A stretch of DNA of 64,000 bases, taken from NCBI GenBank assembly GCA_964558645.1, contig CAZLEV010000001.1, positions 93,568 to 157,567 of the forward strand, in the 5' to 3' direction. Made by a program: the position numbers and the translations under genes. The notes below the pieces were generated by a model. The model saw only the letters and a program-made list of their open reading frames with translations, did not search any database and was not told where the DNA came from. Shown here one piece after another: positions 27,923 through 37,269 of this stretch (within the stretch, counting starts at the first letter, position 1; the number at the start of each line of letters is the position of its first letter). The stretch is from an uncultured archaeon. GTDB lineage: Archaea > Asgardarchaeota > Thorarchaeia > Thorarchaeales > Thorarchaeaceae.

Positions 27923-28666
27923 TCAATCTAGGATTATGGGGAGTATCTCTTCTGCCCGCCCTCTCAGGACCACATCTGCAACGTCATCCCTGTTTGTACC
28001 GTGCAGATTAATGAGTACTATCTTTGCTCCCGCATTCTTGGCTAGCTGGGGAAGGAACGCCGCCGGATATATCTCCAGACTAGTACCCGCCACTATCATG
28101 AGGTCTGCGTCCTTGGATATTCTAACAGCCTCTTCCATGGCATCCTCAGGTAGTGGTTCTCCAAAGAGTATCGCCTCTGATTTGATTACTCCACCACAGT
28201 CGCGGCACATTGGCGGCGTTTCACCTTCAGCAACTCTACGGTGGAGTTCCTCACCCACAAACTCCTTTCCGCACTTCATGCAATATGCCCGAAGGTAGTT
28301 GCCATGCAGCTCAATGACCTTGCTGCTACCAGCACGTTGATGCAGGTTGTCTATGTTTTGAGTGATTATTCCGATCATTGTTCCATGCTTTTCGAAGTCG
28401 GCAAGGGCTTGGTGTGCTTGGTTCGGTTCAGCATCAAGAAGAACACCGGCAAGATAGTGACCCATCTCCCAGAACTTGGCTGGGTTCTTAAGAAAACTCT
28501 CGTAGGTAGCATACTCGAGAGGGTCAAATCTGGTCCAAAGCCCCCCTTCTGATCTAAAATCTGGAATGCCAGAATCCACACTGATTCCTGCGCCAGTGAG
28601 AGCACAGACTTTCTTAGCATCAGCAATCAGTTCTCTCGCCCGTAGAATATCCTTATCTGAAAGCAT
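27923..28666 (-). CDS. cobB: NAD-dependent protein deacylase (Sir2)
   Basis: GAGISVDSGIPDFR, TQNIDNLH, ELHG, two CxxC, GTSL. Confidence 0.95.
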   Translation of the reverse strand: MLSDKDILRARELIADAKKVCALTGAGISVDSGIPDFRSEGGLWTRFDPLEYATYESFLKNPAKFWEMGHYLAGVLLDAEPNQAHQALADFEKHGTMIGIITQNIDNLHQRAGSSKVIELHGNYLRAYCMKCGKEFVGEELHRRVAEGETPPMCRDCGGVIKSEAILFGEPLPEDAMEEAVRISKDADLMIVAGTSLEIYPAAFLPQLAKNAGAKIVLINLHGTNRDDVADVVLRGRAEEILPIILD

Positions 28667-28880
28667 ACTGGAATATCAGGAGGCAAGCTAGATTTCGTTT
28701 TCGGTATTGAGCTCTCTGAAGAAGATGTAGATGTCGAAAGCTTTTTCTTATGTGGTTTCCGACAAACGCTAGAGTCACCTAAGGGGTACATGTCCTCTGA
28801 TGAGGTCACCCCGGTCGGTCCAACCCGCCGACCAGTTTCTGTGCTTGTTAGCTAGAGATAATCATCCATAAGTCGTCAGA

Positions 28881-29501
28881 GTGACCAGAGAGATGAAAGA
28901 AAACAACGCATCCCACCGAGAAGAATCCTCAGACGAAGAAGAAGAAGAGCCAGTGGAGATCGATTTAGAGTCCGAGTCTGATGAGCAGGAGACCGACACT
29001 GAACTCTCAGAGGCTGAACAGCGTGCTGATGAACTGCTTGAGAAACTCATGCGAGTGCAGGCTGAGTTTGAGAACTATAGAAAACGGATGAATGACAGGT
29101 TCAGTGAGGCGACGAAGTACGCTAGCGAGAGTATCCTGTTGAAGGTGCTTGATATCCATGATAATCTTGAGAGGGCTCTACAGGTGAACTTTGAGGAGAA
29201 TCCAGATGCTGCTAGAAAGGGGATTGAGGCGATTGAGAAGCAGATGCAGAAGTTGTTCGAACAAGAAGGTGTTCGGCCAATAGACGCTTTGAATGAGCCC
29301 TTTGACGCCTACTATCAGCACTCAGTGGCGAAAGCATGCGATCCCGAACAGCCTGACGGTGTAGTTGTCGAGGTCTATCAGAAGGGATACATGATACATG
29401 ACAAGGTCTTACGTCCTGCTCTGGTCTGTGTCAATCGACAAGAAGCCCCTGTCGACAATGGTGACAGTGATAAGGAAGCCTCTGAAGAAGAAGGTGAATA
29501 G
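28881..29501 (+). CDS. grpE: Nucleotide exchange factor GrpE
   Basis: AEFENYRKR, DNLERAL, VYQKGY...VLRPALV. Confidence 0.95.
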   Translation: MTREMKENNASHREESSDEEEEEPVEIDLESESDEQETDTELSEAEQRADELLEKLMRVQAEFENYRKRMNDRFSEATKYASESILLKVLDIHDNLERALQVNFEENPDAARKGIEAIEKQMQKLFEQEGVRPIDALNEPFDAYYQHSVAKACDPEQPDGVVVEVYQKGYMIHDKVLRPALVCVNRQEAPVDNGDSDKEASEEEGE

Positions 29502-29504
29502 ACA

Positions 29505-31379
29505 ATGACGAAAGTTGTAGGTATCGACTTAGGTACAACCAATAGCGGAATCGCATATATGGAGGGCGGAAAGCCCACGATTATCCCCAACGCAGAGGGA
29601 AAACGACTTACACCGTCGGTAGTGGGAATAACCCCCAAGGGAGAGATAGTCGTCGGAGAACTAGCCAAGCGACAGGCTGTTTCCATGCCTGACCGCACAG
29701 TCCGCTCGATCAAGCGGAAGATGGGACAGGACTACAAAGTAAAGATTGATGACAAGGAGTACACTCCTCAGGAGATTTCTGCGATGATCCTCCAAAAACT
29801 GAAGAAGGATGCCGAGGCATTTCTTGGCGAAGACATAGAGAAGGCAGTCATAACTGTGCCGGCTTATTTCAATGACAGTCAGCGCCAAGCGACCAAGGAT
29901 GCGGGCAAGATAGCCGGCCTCGAGGTCATGCGAATAGTCAACGAGCCCACCGCATCGACTCTTGCATATGGCCTTGAAGAGGGTGAGGATCTGAAGATTC
30001 TCGTTTACGACCTTGGCGGCGGGACTTTCGATGTATCCATCCTGGATATCGGTGAGGACGTCTATCAGGTGCTCTCTACCAGCGGAAACACGCAGCTCGG
30101 CGGTGACGACTGGGACAAGCGAATCATTGATTGGGTTGCGGATAACTTCAAGGACGAAACAGGCATCGATCTGAGTGAGGATCTTTCTGCAATGCAGCGC
30201 ATTCGAGATGCTGCCGAACAGGCCAAGATTGAACTCTCTACGGTGAAGCAGACCACCATCAACCTTCCCTATATCACTGCTGACCAGAGTGGTCCGAAAC
30301 ATATTGACATGGAGATCACACGCGCTAAATTTGAACAGATGACAGATGACCTTGTTCAGGCCACACTGGGTCCAATTCGTCGAGCTCTATCCGATGCGAA
30401 GATGGAGGCGGAAGATGTTGATCGGATACTGCTGGTCGGTGGGGCAACACGAATGCCCATGATTCAGGAGGCAGTGCGGGGCATTTTCGGAAAGGAAGGT
30501 GACAAGAGTATCAACCCAGATGAATGTGTTGCCCTTGGTGCTGCTGTTCAGGCCGGCATCATCGCCGGTGACACTGACATCCTTTTGCTTGATGTTACGC
30601 CGCTAACCCTGAGTGTAGAAACACAGGGCGGGATTGCCACCCCTCTCATTGAGCGCAATACAACCATACCGACAAAGAAGAGCAAGATATTCACGACTGC
30701 CGCAGACAACCAGACTGCAGTTGATATCCATGTAGTCCAAGGGGAGCGTAAGCTAGCTAGAGACAACATGAGTCTGGGCAAGTTTCAACTCGTTGGTATT
30801 CCTCCTGCACCTCGAGGTGTTCCCCAGATAGAAGTTGAGTTCGACATAGATGCCAACGGCATTGTGAATGTCAAGGCCACTGACAAGGCTACCGGGAATG
30901 AGCAATCCATTACCATCACGGCTACTACAAATCTGTCAGACAATGACGTCGAGAGAATGGTGGAAGAAGCCGAGAAGTATGCAGAAGAAGATGCCAAGCG
31001 GAAGGCACAGATCGACGCGAAGAACAATGCAGATGCCATGATCTATCAAGGCGAGAAACTCGTGCGGGATATGGGTGACAAAATACCCGACGATCTGAAG
31101 AACGAACTCAAAGAGAAATCTGACAAACTAAGAAAGGCAATCGAAGCAGAGGACTTCGATAAAATCGAGTCTGGTACAGAGGAGCTTCAGCAGGTCATCT
31201 TCAAGATATCGGAGAAGGTCTACGGAGCTGCCGGTCCTGGTGGAGCAGGACCCGCAGGCGCAGACTTTGACCCAAGTCAGATGGGTGTCGATCCAAGCAA
31301 GATGGCCGGCGCTTCATCCTCGTCAGAGGACAAGAGTGAAGACGAGGCTGTTGACGTAGACTTTGAGGATCTGGACTAG
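29505..31379 (+). CDS. dnaK: Chaperone DnaK (Hsp70)
   Basis: [36 protein letters not shown]. Confidence 0.99.
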   Translation: MTKVVGIDLGTTNSGIAYMEGGKPTIIPNAEGKRLTPSVVGITPKGEIVVGELAKRQAVSMPDRTVRSIKRKMGQDYKVKIDDKEYTPQEISAMILQKLKKDAEAFLGEDIEKAVITVPAYFNDSQRQATKDAGKIAGLEVMRIVNEPTASTLAYGLEEGEDLKILVYDLGGGTFDVSILDIGEDVYQVLSTSGNTQLGGDDWDKRIIDWVADNFKDETGIDLSEDLSAMQRIRDAAEQAKIELSTVKQTTINLPYITADQSGPKHIDMEITRAKFEQMTDDLVQATLGPIRRALSDAKMEAEDVDRILLVGGATRMPMIQEAVRGIFGKEGDKSINPDECVALGAAVQAGIIAGDTDILLLDVTPLTLSVETQGGIATPLIERNTTIPTKKSKIFTTAADNQTAVDIHVVQGERKLARDNMSLGKFQLVGIPPAPRGVPQIEVEFDIDANGIVNVKATDKATGNEQSITITATTNLSDNDVERMVEEAEKYAEEDAKRKAQIDAKNNADAMIYQGEKLVRDMGDKIPDDLKNELKEKSDKLRKAIEAEDFDKIESGTEELQQVIFKISEKVYGAAGPGGAGPAGADFDPSQMGVDPSKMAGASSSSEDKSEDEAVDVDFEDLD

Positions 31380-31395
31380 ATTCAGGTGAAACTCT

Positions 31396-32436
31396 TTGGC
31401 AGAGGACGATTACTATGACATTCTCGGTGTTAGCAGAAATGCCACAGAGGCGGAGATAAAGAAGGCTTATCGACGGCTCGCCAAGGAGCACCATCCTGAC
31501 AGAAATCCTGGTGACAACTCGGCAGGAGAGAGACTCAAGAAGATCAATGAGGCATATGAGGTACTCAGTGATTCCGAAAAGAGAGCCAACTACGACAGAT
31601 ATGGTACTGCTGACTTCCAAGGCATCAACATGAACGGCTTCAGCGATATCTTCCGTGACTTCTTCAATGGATTTGGTGGATTCGGGATGGGCCGCAGAAG
31701 GCGAGCGGGTCCTCCCCCAGGGGACAATCTCCGGATAACAATCCATCTCACCTTCGACGAAGCCTTTTTCGGAACTGAGAAGGAGATTGCATTCAATCGG
31801 AAAGTAAAATGTGAAACATGCGGTGGAAGTGGCGCAAAGCCCGGCTCTTCTCCGACAACCTGTCGGACTTGTGGGGGCCGAGGACAGGTAGCACGTTCTA
31901 TGGGCGGATTCATGACTGTTGCTCAGACCTGCCCAACCTGCGGAGGTCGAGGAGAGACCATAGACAATCCATGCTCCAAGTGCAGAGGTTCTGGTCTAGA
32001 GTCTGAGCGCATGGAAGTCAAGATACCTGTCCCACCCGGCGTCGAAGATGGGATGTCCCAGCGCATCAGAGGGGGCGGAAATGCAGGCCCACGAGGTGGC
32101 CCCCACGGTGATTTAATAATCGTCTTCACAGTGGAACCCCATGAACGTTTTGTCCGGAGGGGTCTCCATGTATACCTTGAAGAGGAGATCCCCTTTGATG
32201 TTGCAGCACTAGGGGGAGAGCAAGAAGTTCCTACTATGTGGGGCACAAGCAAGATCAAAGTGGAACCCGGGACTGAAGGCGGAACCCTATTCCGGATGAG
32301 GGGAAAAGGGGTACACGCTGATGATGGGCGGACCGGAGATCAGCTCGTTCGTGTGAAGATAGGAATACCGAAGAAACTCTCCAAGTCCCAGAAGCAGTAT
32401 CTTCGGGAGTTCAGAGAGCACTTCAGAGAGGACTAG
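31396..32436 (+). CDS. dnaJ: Chaperone DnaJ
   Basis: J-domain HPD, G/F-rich region, four CxxCxGxG repeats. Confidence 0.98.
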   Translation: MAEDDYYDILGVSRNATEAEIKKAYRRLAKEHHPDRNPGDNSAGERLKKINEAYEVLSDSEKRANYDRYGTADFQGINMNGFSDIFRDFFNGFGGFGMGRRRRAGPPPGDNLRITIHLTFDEAFFGTEKEIAFNRKVKCETCGGSGAKPGSSPTTCRTCGGRGQVARSMGGFMTVAQTCPTCGGRGETIDNPCSKCRGSGLESERMEVKIPVPPGVEDGMSQRIRGGGNAGPRGGPHGDLIIVFTVEPHERFVRRGLHVYLEEEIPFDVAALGGEQEVPTMWGTSKIKVEPGTEGGTLFRMRGKGVHADDGRTGDQLVRVKIGIPKKLSKSQKQYLREFREHFRED

Positions 32437-33002
32437 AACTCGAATGGCTTACAAATGCAAGCTTTCATCCTCAGTTCAGGGAAACTGCTGGTATACGCTG
32501 GCCTTACAATCCACGCCGTGTCTGCTCCCCGTCCTGTCCCGGCTATACACACAACATCCTTGTCAACTCTGACCAGCCCTGCATCTGCTGCCATCATGGC
32601 AATTTCTGCGCAGACTTTCGTTCCCTGAGAGAACGTGCGGAATGCAACGGCCATTAGTTCAGCTGGTGTCCACGTTCCTAGTTTCTTCCTGATACCTCGA
32701 GCTAATCCTGCCATGGCATGTGTGGCTGTGAGAACCTTTGCTCCATTTCTCTCTATCTCCTCTCTCTTATCATCATCAAGCTCGTTCTCATTGGCTTCGG
32801 CGAAGCCTTCCTGATGGGATACTACAATCAGGTTCCTGTCAGTGAAGACCTTGGAGGCCGCCAATCCGGTGTTACCTCGTGTGGTTGCCACAATCACATC
32901 TCGTACGTCAGGGTTGCTGTTGAGATACTCTCTCACAATCTCAAGAGTCTGATCGGTTAGTTCCCATGAGGCTTCATCGAAATAGTGCGTTTTGATATCC
33001 AT
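32433..33002 (-). CDS. Stand-alone pyruvate kinase alpha/beta (PK_C-like) domain protein
   Basis: [48 protein letters not shown]; start moved to ATG 33002. Confidence 0.85.
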   Translation of the reverse strand: MDIKTHYFDEASWELTDQTLEIVREYLNSNPDVRDVIVATTRGNTGLAASKVFTDRNLIVVSHQEGFAEANENELDDDKREEIERNGAKVLTATHAMAGLARGIRKKLGTWTPAELMAVAFRTFSQGTKVCAEIAMMAADAGLVRVDKDVVCIAGTGRGADTAWIVRPAYTSSFPELRMKACICKPFEF

Positions 33003-33061
33003 CTTCTTCTCTTCTCCTTTCACATTGATTGAAGTATGAATTGTCCAAGTCATAAAGCATA

Positions 33062-33508
33062 CTAATTTCCTCTCTGGACTTGCCAGCCTCTTATGACCCA
33101 TTCAAGAACCACAAAGACTAACAAGACCCCAACGGCCAGAAGAAAGTCAACTGCACCACCGGTAATCTGGTTGACAACCCATGCAGCAATCACCACAACA
33201 ACTATCTTGACGAGAATCTCTGCCAACGCCTTCCAATCCCGATGCTCGTCTTCTGTTTGGCCTTCACCTATCCTCTGCTGTCCGAAGGCTTCAGCTATGT
33301 CTTCGGGTTCCCCAATCTCATGGAAGACTTCGTCGAGTAGTATGTCAGTATCTGCTTCTGGTCTCTCTTCCATCTTATGTTGAAGTGACTCGTAGATATG
33401 AGCACTAACATCCTCCAGAAGGTCCTCTGTTTCAAAGGTATCCGGGAGAACGGTTCTAGCTCTCCGAATATAATCATTAACACGTTTTCCTATCTTCTCA
33501 TTCTCCAT
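33062..33508 (-). CDS. HAAS-like domain membrane protein, PadR-associated
   Basis: DYIRR...EDVSAHIYE...IGEPEDIA, then two TM helices; coupled to the padR-like gene. Confidence 0.75.
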   Translation of the reverse strand: MENEKIGKRVNDYIRRARTVLPDTFETEDLLEDVSAHIYESLQHKMEERPEADTDILLDEVFHEIGEPEDIAEAFGQQRIGEGQTEDEHRDWKALAEILVKIVVVVIAAWVVNQITGGAVDFLLAVGVLLVFVVLEWVIRGWQVQRGN

Positions 33509-33858
33509 CAGCTCAATGCCTCCAGTTTCTCAAATACGTCTGTCAGGGTTCGCGAAAGCTCTCTATAGACTCTGTCTCCCTCGCCTGTCAAGACATACAT
33601 CTTCCGTCGAGGCCCCACATCTGACTCCTCAGTGTAAGAGTTCAAGAGCCTGTCCTTTCGCAACCGGTGTAGAATCGGATACAGAGTGCCCTCTTTCACT
33701 TCGAGAAGTCCATCAGTCCGCTCATCGAGTTCGCGGGCAATTCCATAGCCATGAATGCCTTCCTCATGCAGTCTTACTATTGCTAGGACTGCATACTGTA
33801 AAAGTCCTCTGCGAAGCTCTACCTTCCAGCTCTGTTCGAAACTAGGGCCTTTCTTCAA
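33508..33858 (-). CDS. PadR family transcription regulator
   Basis: ELRRGLL, HGYGI, EGTLYPILHRL, PRRKMYVLTGEG; TTG 33858 with GAGG upstream. Confidence 0.92.
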   Translation of the reverse strand: MKKGPSFEQSWKVELRRGLLQYAVLAIVRLHEEGIHGYGIARELDERTDGLLEVKEGTLYPILHRLRKDRLLNSYTEESDVGPRRKMYVLTGEGDRVYRELSRTLTDVFEKLEALS

Positions 33859-33919
33859 TGTACAGTCCTCGCGAGGAACGCATGTACAAGTCGTTGTTGA
33901 ATTCTTAAGTATCTCTCTC

Positions 33920-35260
33920 TTAAGGGCCTCTGTCGGCATGGCGCCCTGGAAAGAAACCTCTGATCTCGGTCCAGAAGTCTGAGGAGTACTCACGGGGTTC
34001 ATCTAGGAGAAGGTACAAGAAGGAGCTGATGAATCGGAGTCCACCACTCAGCAACAGCATGGCAAACACCGCCAGATAGCTTCCGAGACCTACGGCCACG
34101 AAGTCTCCGAGGATTCCTGCGAGCAGCGAGCCCACCAGCATGACAATGCCCGTAAACGTGTTGTACACGGAGAGATGAGACCCTCGCTCTTCAGATGGTG
34201 CAATATCATAGATGTAAGCAGTGTTGGCGTTCGTTGAAGCTGCAACACAGAAACCTGCAATTGCATTAGCAAGATAGATGATAACAGTCGTTGAAGCAAA
34301 TGCATACATGATCGGTACTATGAAGAGGGTTATGCGCCCCAAGAAAATCAGGGGCTTCCGTCCAACTCGGTCGCTGAGCCGCCCGAAGGGCATTGTGAAG
34401 ATCACGGTAGTCAACGTCATGATAGCCGACGCAATCGCTATCTCCAACAGTGTGTTGTTCAACCATTGGCGCTGCACAATTATCCAAAATGGCCAGGCCA
34501 TGGACATTGAGAATGAGAAGAAGACGCTGACAAGACAGAACCTTCTGAAATCGCCCGGTCTTGACAGAAGGCGAAGGATTGGTGGAAACTCTCTAGGGCC
34601 TGTGGAAGAGTCGTTTCTGGTCTGAATTCTGATAGATATGATAGATGCCACGATTCCAGTGATTGCAGCCAAGTAGAAGGGCATGTAGTATACCTGCTTC
34701 CACGTCTCCACAGACGGGAAGATAATGGGTCCCAGCCCACCGAATTGTGACCTCAGATACGGGCCGAAACCTGGAAAACCTGCTACAAAGCCTGCAAGGA
34801 GTGTCGCCAGCAGGGACATGATGTTAGTGGCCACACCGAGTCTACCCAGTTCGTGGCCTCTGTTATCTTCGTCGATGAGGCTACCCACGAGTGAGAGCCA
34901 GGTTGGTATCTGGATGCTGAGCAGAATAGACTGGATTCCATAGAGAATGATCATGTCAAGCGGTGATGCCGCAAAGAGGAAGAGAAAGACGGTGAATAGT
35001 CCTGACGCCGTTCCAAAGGCGACGAAGGCCTTGGTATGCCCTGTTTTATCCGACACCGATCCCCAAACAGGCTGCATGATTGTCGGCGCTAGGTTGCCAA
35101 CGCTTCTGAAAGCGCCTATCTCAGAGAGCGTAGCTCCTATATCGACCATGTAGCTGTTCAGAAAGGGGGCGTACAGTCCTTGAGCAAACATCACGAGTGA
35201 TCCCGCCGCATATGCCTTGGCAGGAAGCTTTCTCGATTCAGTGGTCTCTTGCTCAATCAT
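33920..35260 (-). CDS. MFS transporter
   Basis: ~12 TM helices; motif A GSVSDKTGH and GRLSDRVGRK; start moved to ATG 35260. Confidence 0.9.
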   Translation of the reverse strand: MIEQETTESRKLPAKAYAAGSLVMFAQGLYAPFLNSYMVDIGATLSEIGAFRSVGNLAPTIMQPVWGSVSDKTGHTKAFVAFGTASGLFTVFLFLFAASPLDMIILYGIQSILLSIQIPTWLSLVGSLIDEDNRGHELGRLGVATNIMSLLATLLAGFVAGFPGFGPYLRSQFGGLGPIIFPSVETWKQVYYMPFYLAAITGIVASIISIRIQTRNDSSTGPREFPPILRLLSRPGDFRRFCLVSVFFSFSMSMAWPFWIIVQRQWLNNTLLEIAIASAIMTLTTVIFTMPFGRLSDRVGRKPLIFLGRITLFIVPIMYAFASTTVIIYLANAIAGFCVAASTNANTAYIYDIAPSEERGSHLSVYNTFTGIVMLVGSLLAGILGDFVAVGLGSYLAVFAMLLLSGGLRFISSFLYLLLDEPREYSSDFWTEIRGFFPGRHADRGP

Positions 35261-35384
35261 CTGTCTGTGGCCGTCCCGTTGAAGTGCTGTAGTATTCCTC
35301 CATGTTTTAACTCTAGTTCTCGCATCACCGAATGAGTTATCTAGAACACAGAAAAGGGATGAAACATTCAGAGGGAAACTCGCC

Positions 35385-36491
35385 ATGCTCTCAGACAGTG
35401 TGTACCAGGAGCGCCTCGAGAGAGTCCGTGACTATCTATTGGAAATCGATGCCGACCATGCCTTTCTCACTCCTTCTGCCAACTTTGAGTACTTGGCAGG
35501 TTTCTCGTATGACATGCGGGAGCGATTAGTCGGTCTGGTGGTTCGTAAGGATGAGGAGCCGTTCATCATCGCCCCCTCTTTTGATGTGTCCAACATTGAA
35601 GGCCAGACCTGGATCAAGAACATGCTTCCATGGGCCGAAGACGAAGACCCGTACGGCCTACTCCGCCGCGAAATCGGGCAAGCGAATAATACCTTCGCGC
35701 TCTTTGACATGTCCACTCCCCTAGGAGTCTTCTGGCTTTTCAGAGAGAAGGTTCAGGACCCAGAACGTACTGACTTGGTCTCCCCTTTCATCGAAGAGAT
35801 GCGTTTGGTGAAGGATGCTGAGGAGATTGGTCTCATGAAGAAGGCCGGAGGGGTGATTGACTCCGCCATCATGCATGCCTTCGAAAGGGCTGATATCGGC
35901 ATGACTGAGATCGAAATGCAACAGCTCATCCACAATGAGATAGTCCGGAAGGGTGCAAGACCCACCTTTGCAGCAGTGCAGTTTGGTGAGAACAGCGCAA
36001 AACCGCACGCGGAGGCGGGAACCCGAGAGTTGCGAGTAGGGGATATAGTCCTGCTCGACTGTGGGTGTTCCATTTCTGGATATAACACGGACATGACACG
36101 CGTGGCTGTGGTTGGTCCTCCCTCATCTCAGCAAGAGAAGGTATACTCTGTTGTGCTTGAAGCACAGAAGACGGCTTTAGATTCTATCCGCGCAGGAATG
36201 ACATGTAGTGCTGCTGACGGTGTTGCCAGGAGAGTCATAGATGAAGGGGGCTATGGTGAATTCTTCACGCATCGCCTCGGGCATGGCATCGGTCTTCAAG
36301 TTCACGAGCCACCATATCTAGTGAATGGCAACTCCAGTGTCCTGCAGCCCGGTATGTGTCATAGTATCGAGCCCGGCATCTACCTGCAGGACAAGTTCGG
36401 CATTCGCATCGAGGATTTGGTTGCTGTCACCGAGGATGGAGCAGAGCTACTCACTTACTCGCCAAAGGATCTATTTGAGATTGAGGCCTAG
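35385..36491 (+). CDS. Xaa-Pro peptidase (M24B)
   Basis: Creatinase-like N-domain; D-x-G...YNTDMTR, HRLGHGIGLQVHE, IEPGIY, GIRIED. Confidence 0.93.
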   Translation: MLSDSVYQERLERVRDYLLEIDADHAFLTPSANFEYLAGFSYDMRERLVGLVVRKDEEPFIIAPSFDVSNIEGQTWIKNMLPWAEDEDPYGLLRREIGQANNTFALFDMSTPLGVFWLFREKVQDPERTDLVSPFIEEMRLVKDAEEIGLMKKAGGVIDSAIMHAFERADIGMTEIEMQQLIHNEIVRKGARPTFAAVQFGENSAKPHAEAGTRELRVGDIVLLDCGCSISGYNTDMTRVAVVGPPSSQQEKVYSVVLEAQKTALDSIRAGMTCSAADGVARRVIDEGGYGEFFTHRLGHGIGLQVHEPPYLVNGNSSVLQPGMCHSIEPGIYLQDKFGIRIEDLVAVTEDGAELLTYSPKDLFEIEA

Positions 36492-37102
36492 TCGGAATTC
36501 TCGCTGTCCGTGGGCTCGTTCTCTTGCTCTCTGCGCTTAGACATGATCTCATCAAGTTTCTTACGATCATCTTCACTCAGGTCTTTCATGGCCTCTGCAG
36601 ATTGTCTGAGCATCTGACCCATGATTACAGAATAGACTGCCGGAAGCGCGGTAGCCGTTCTGACACGTTCCTCGCATTCTTTCTCTGCCAGTTCCTTCGC
36701 CTCTTTCAGGGCCTCTTTTGTTACTTCACCCTTTCCTATGCCGGAGCAATCCTTGTTCGTCACATAGAATTTCTCTCCGTCATGCTCCAAGGGAAATGTG
36801 CGGCATGATATGGGTCTTGAGAATCGTATACGGCAGGCATTTGCCTCATCATCGTAGAAGATGCATGCTGTCTGTTCCGAGTTCTCCGAGAGTGGCTTTC
36901 GCAGAGTGCCCAAGGTGATGCCCTTTTCCTCGGCTGCTTCAACATTCATGGTTATTCCATGCAGGATATGGTTCAAGTAATTCTGTGTTGTCCATCGGGA
37001 TAGGTCGTCGAAAGTCACATTCACATGAGGTCGAGTGCAACAGACTCGCTGAGGGCAGTTCTGCTCAAGGCACTTGAAGCTGTATTTCTTCTTGTCTGTC
37101 AT
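36488..37102 (-). CDS. YkgJ family cysteine-cluster protein
   Basis: FKCLEQNCPQRVCC, CIFY...CRI...RPISCRTFP, CSGIG. Confidence 0.85.
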   Translation of the reverse strand: MTDKKKYSFKCLEQNCPQRVCCTRPHVNVTFDDLSRWTTQNYLNHILHGITMNVEAAEEKGITLGTLRKPLSENSEQTACIFYDDEANACRIRFSRPISCRTFPLEHDGEKFYVTNKDCSGIGKGEVTKEALKEAKELAEKECEERVRTATALPAVYSVIMGQMLRQSAEAMKDLSEDDRKKLDEIMSKRREQENEPTDSENSD

Positions 37103-37269
37103 CTCATGTCACCTGAACGACTGTGTGGACTCCGTTCAATTGAGATTTCTCTTAATCCTTTCGAACTTGTCAATTCCTGCTCGTCTTTCCGACAGGTTTA
37201 TTTTCGGTGCTTTATCGCGCTCAGTATAATCCTCTCCCAAAGCAGGTTCGAAGAAACGGAGAACTCGCA

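Noticed and set aside
28797-28840. Hammerhead ribozyme suggested by CTGATGAG
   Set aside because: No GAAA follows a stem II on the same strand, so the core is incomplete.
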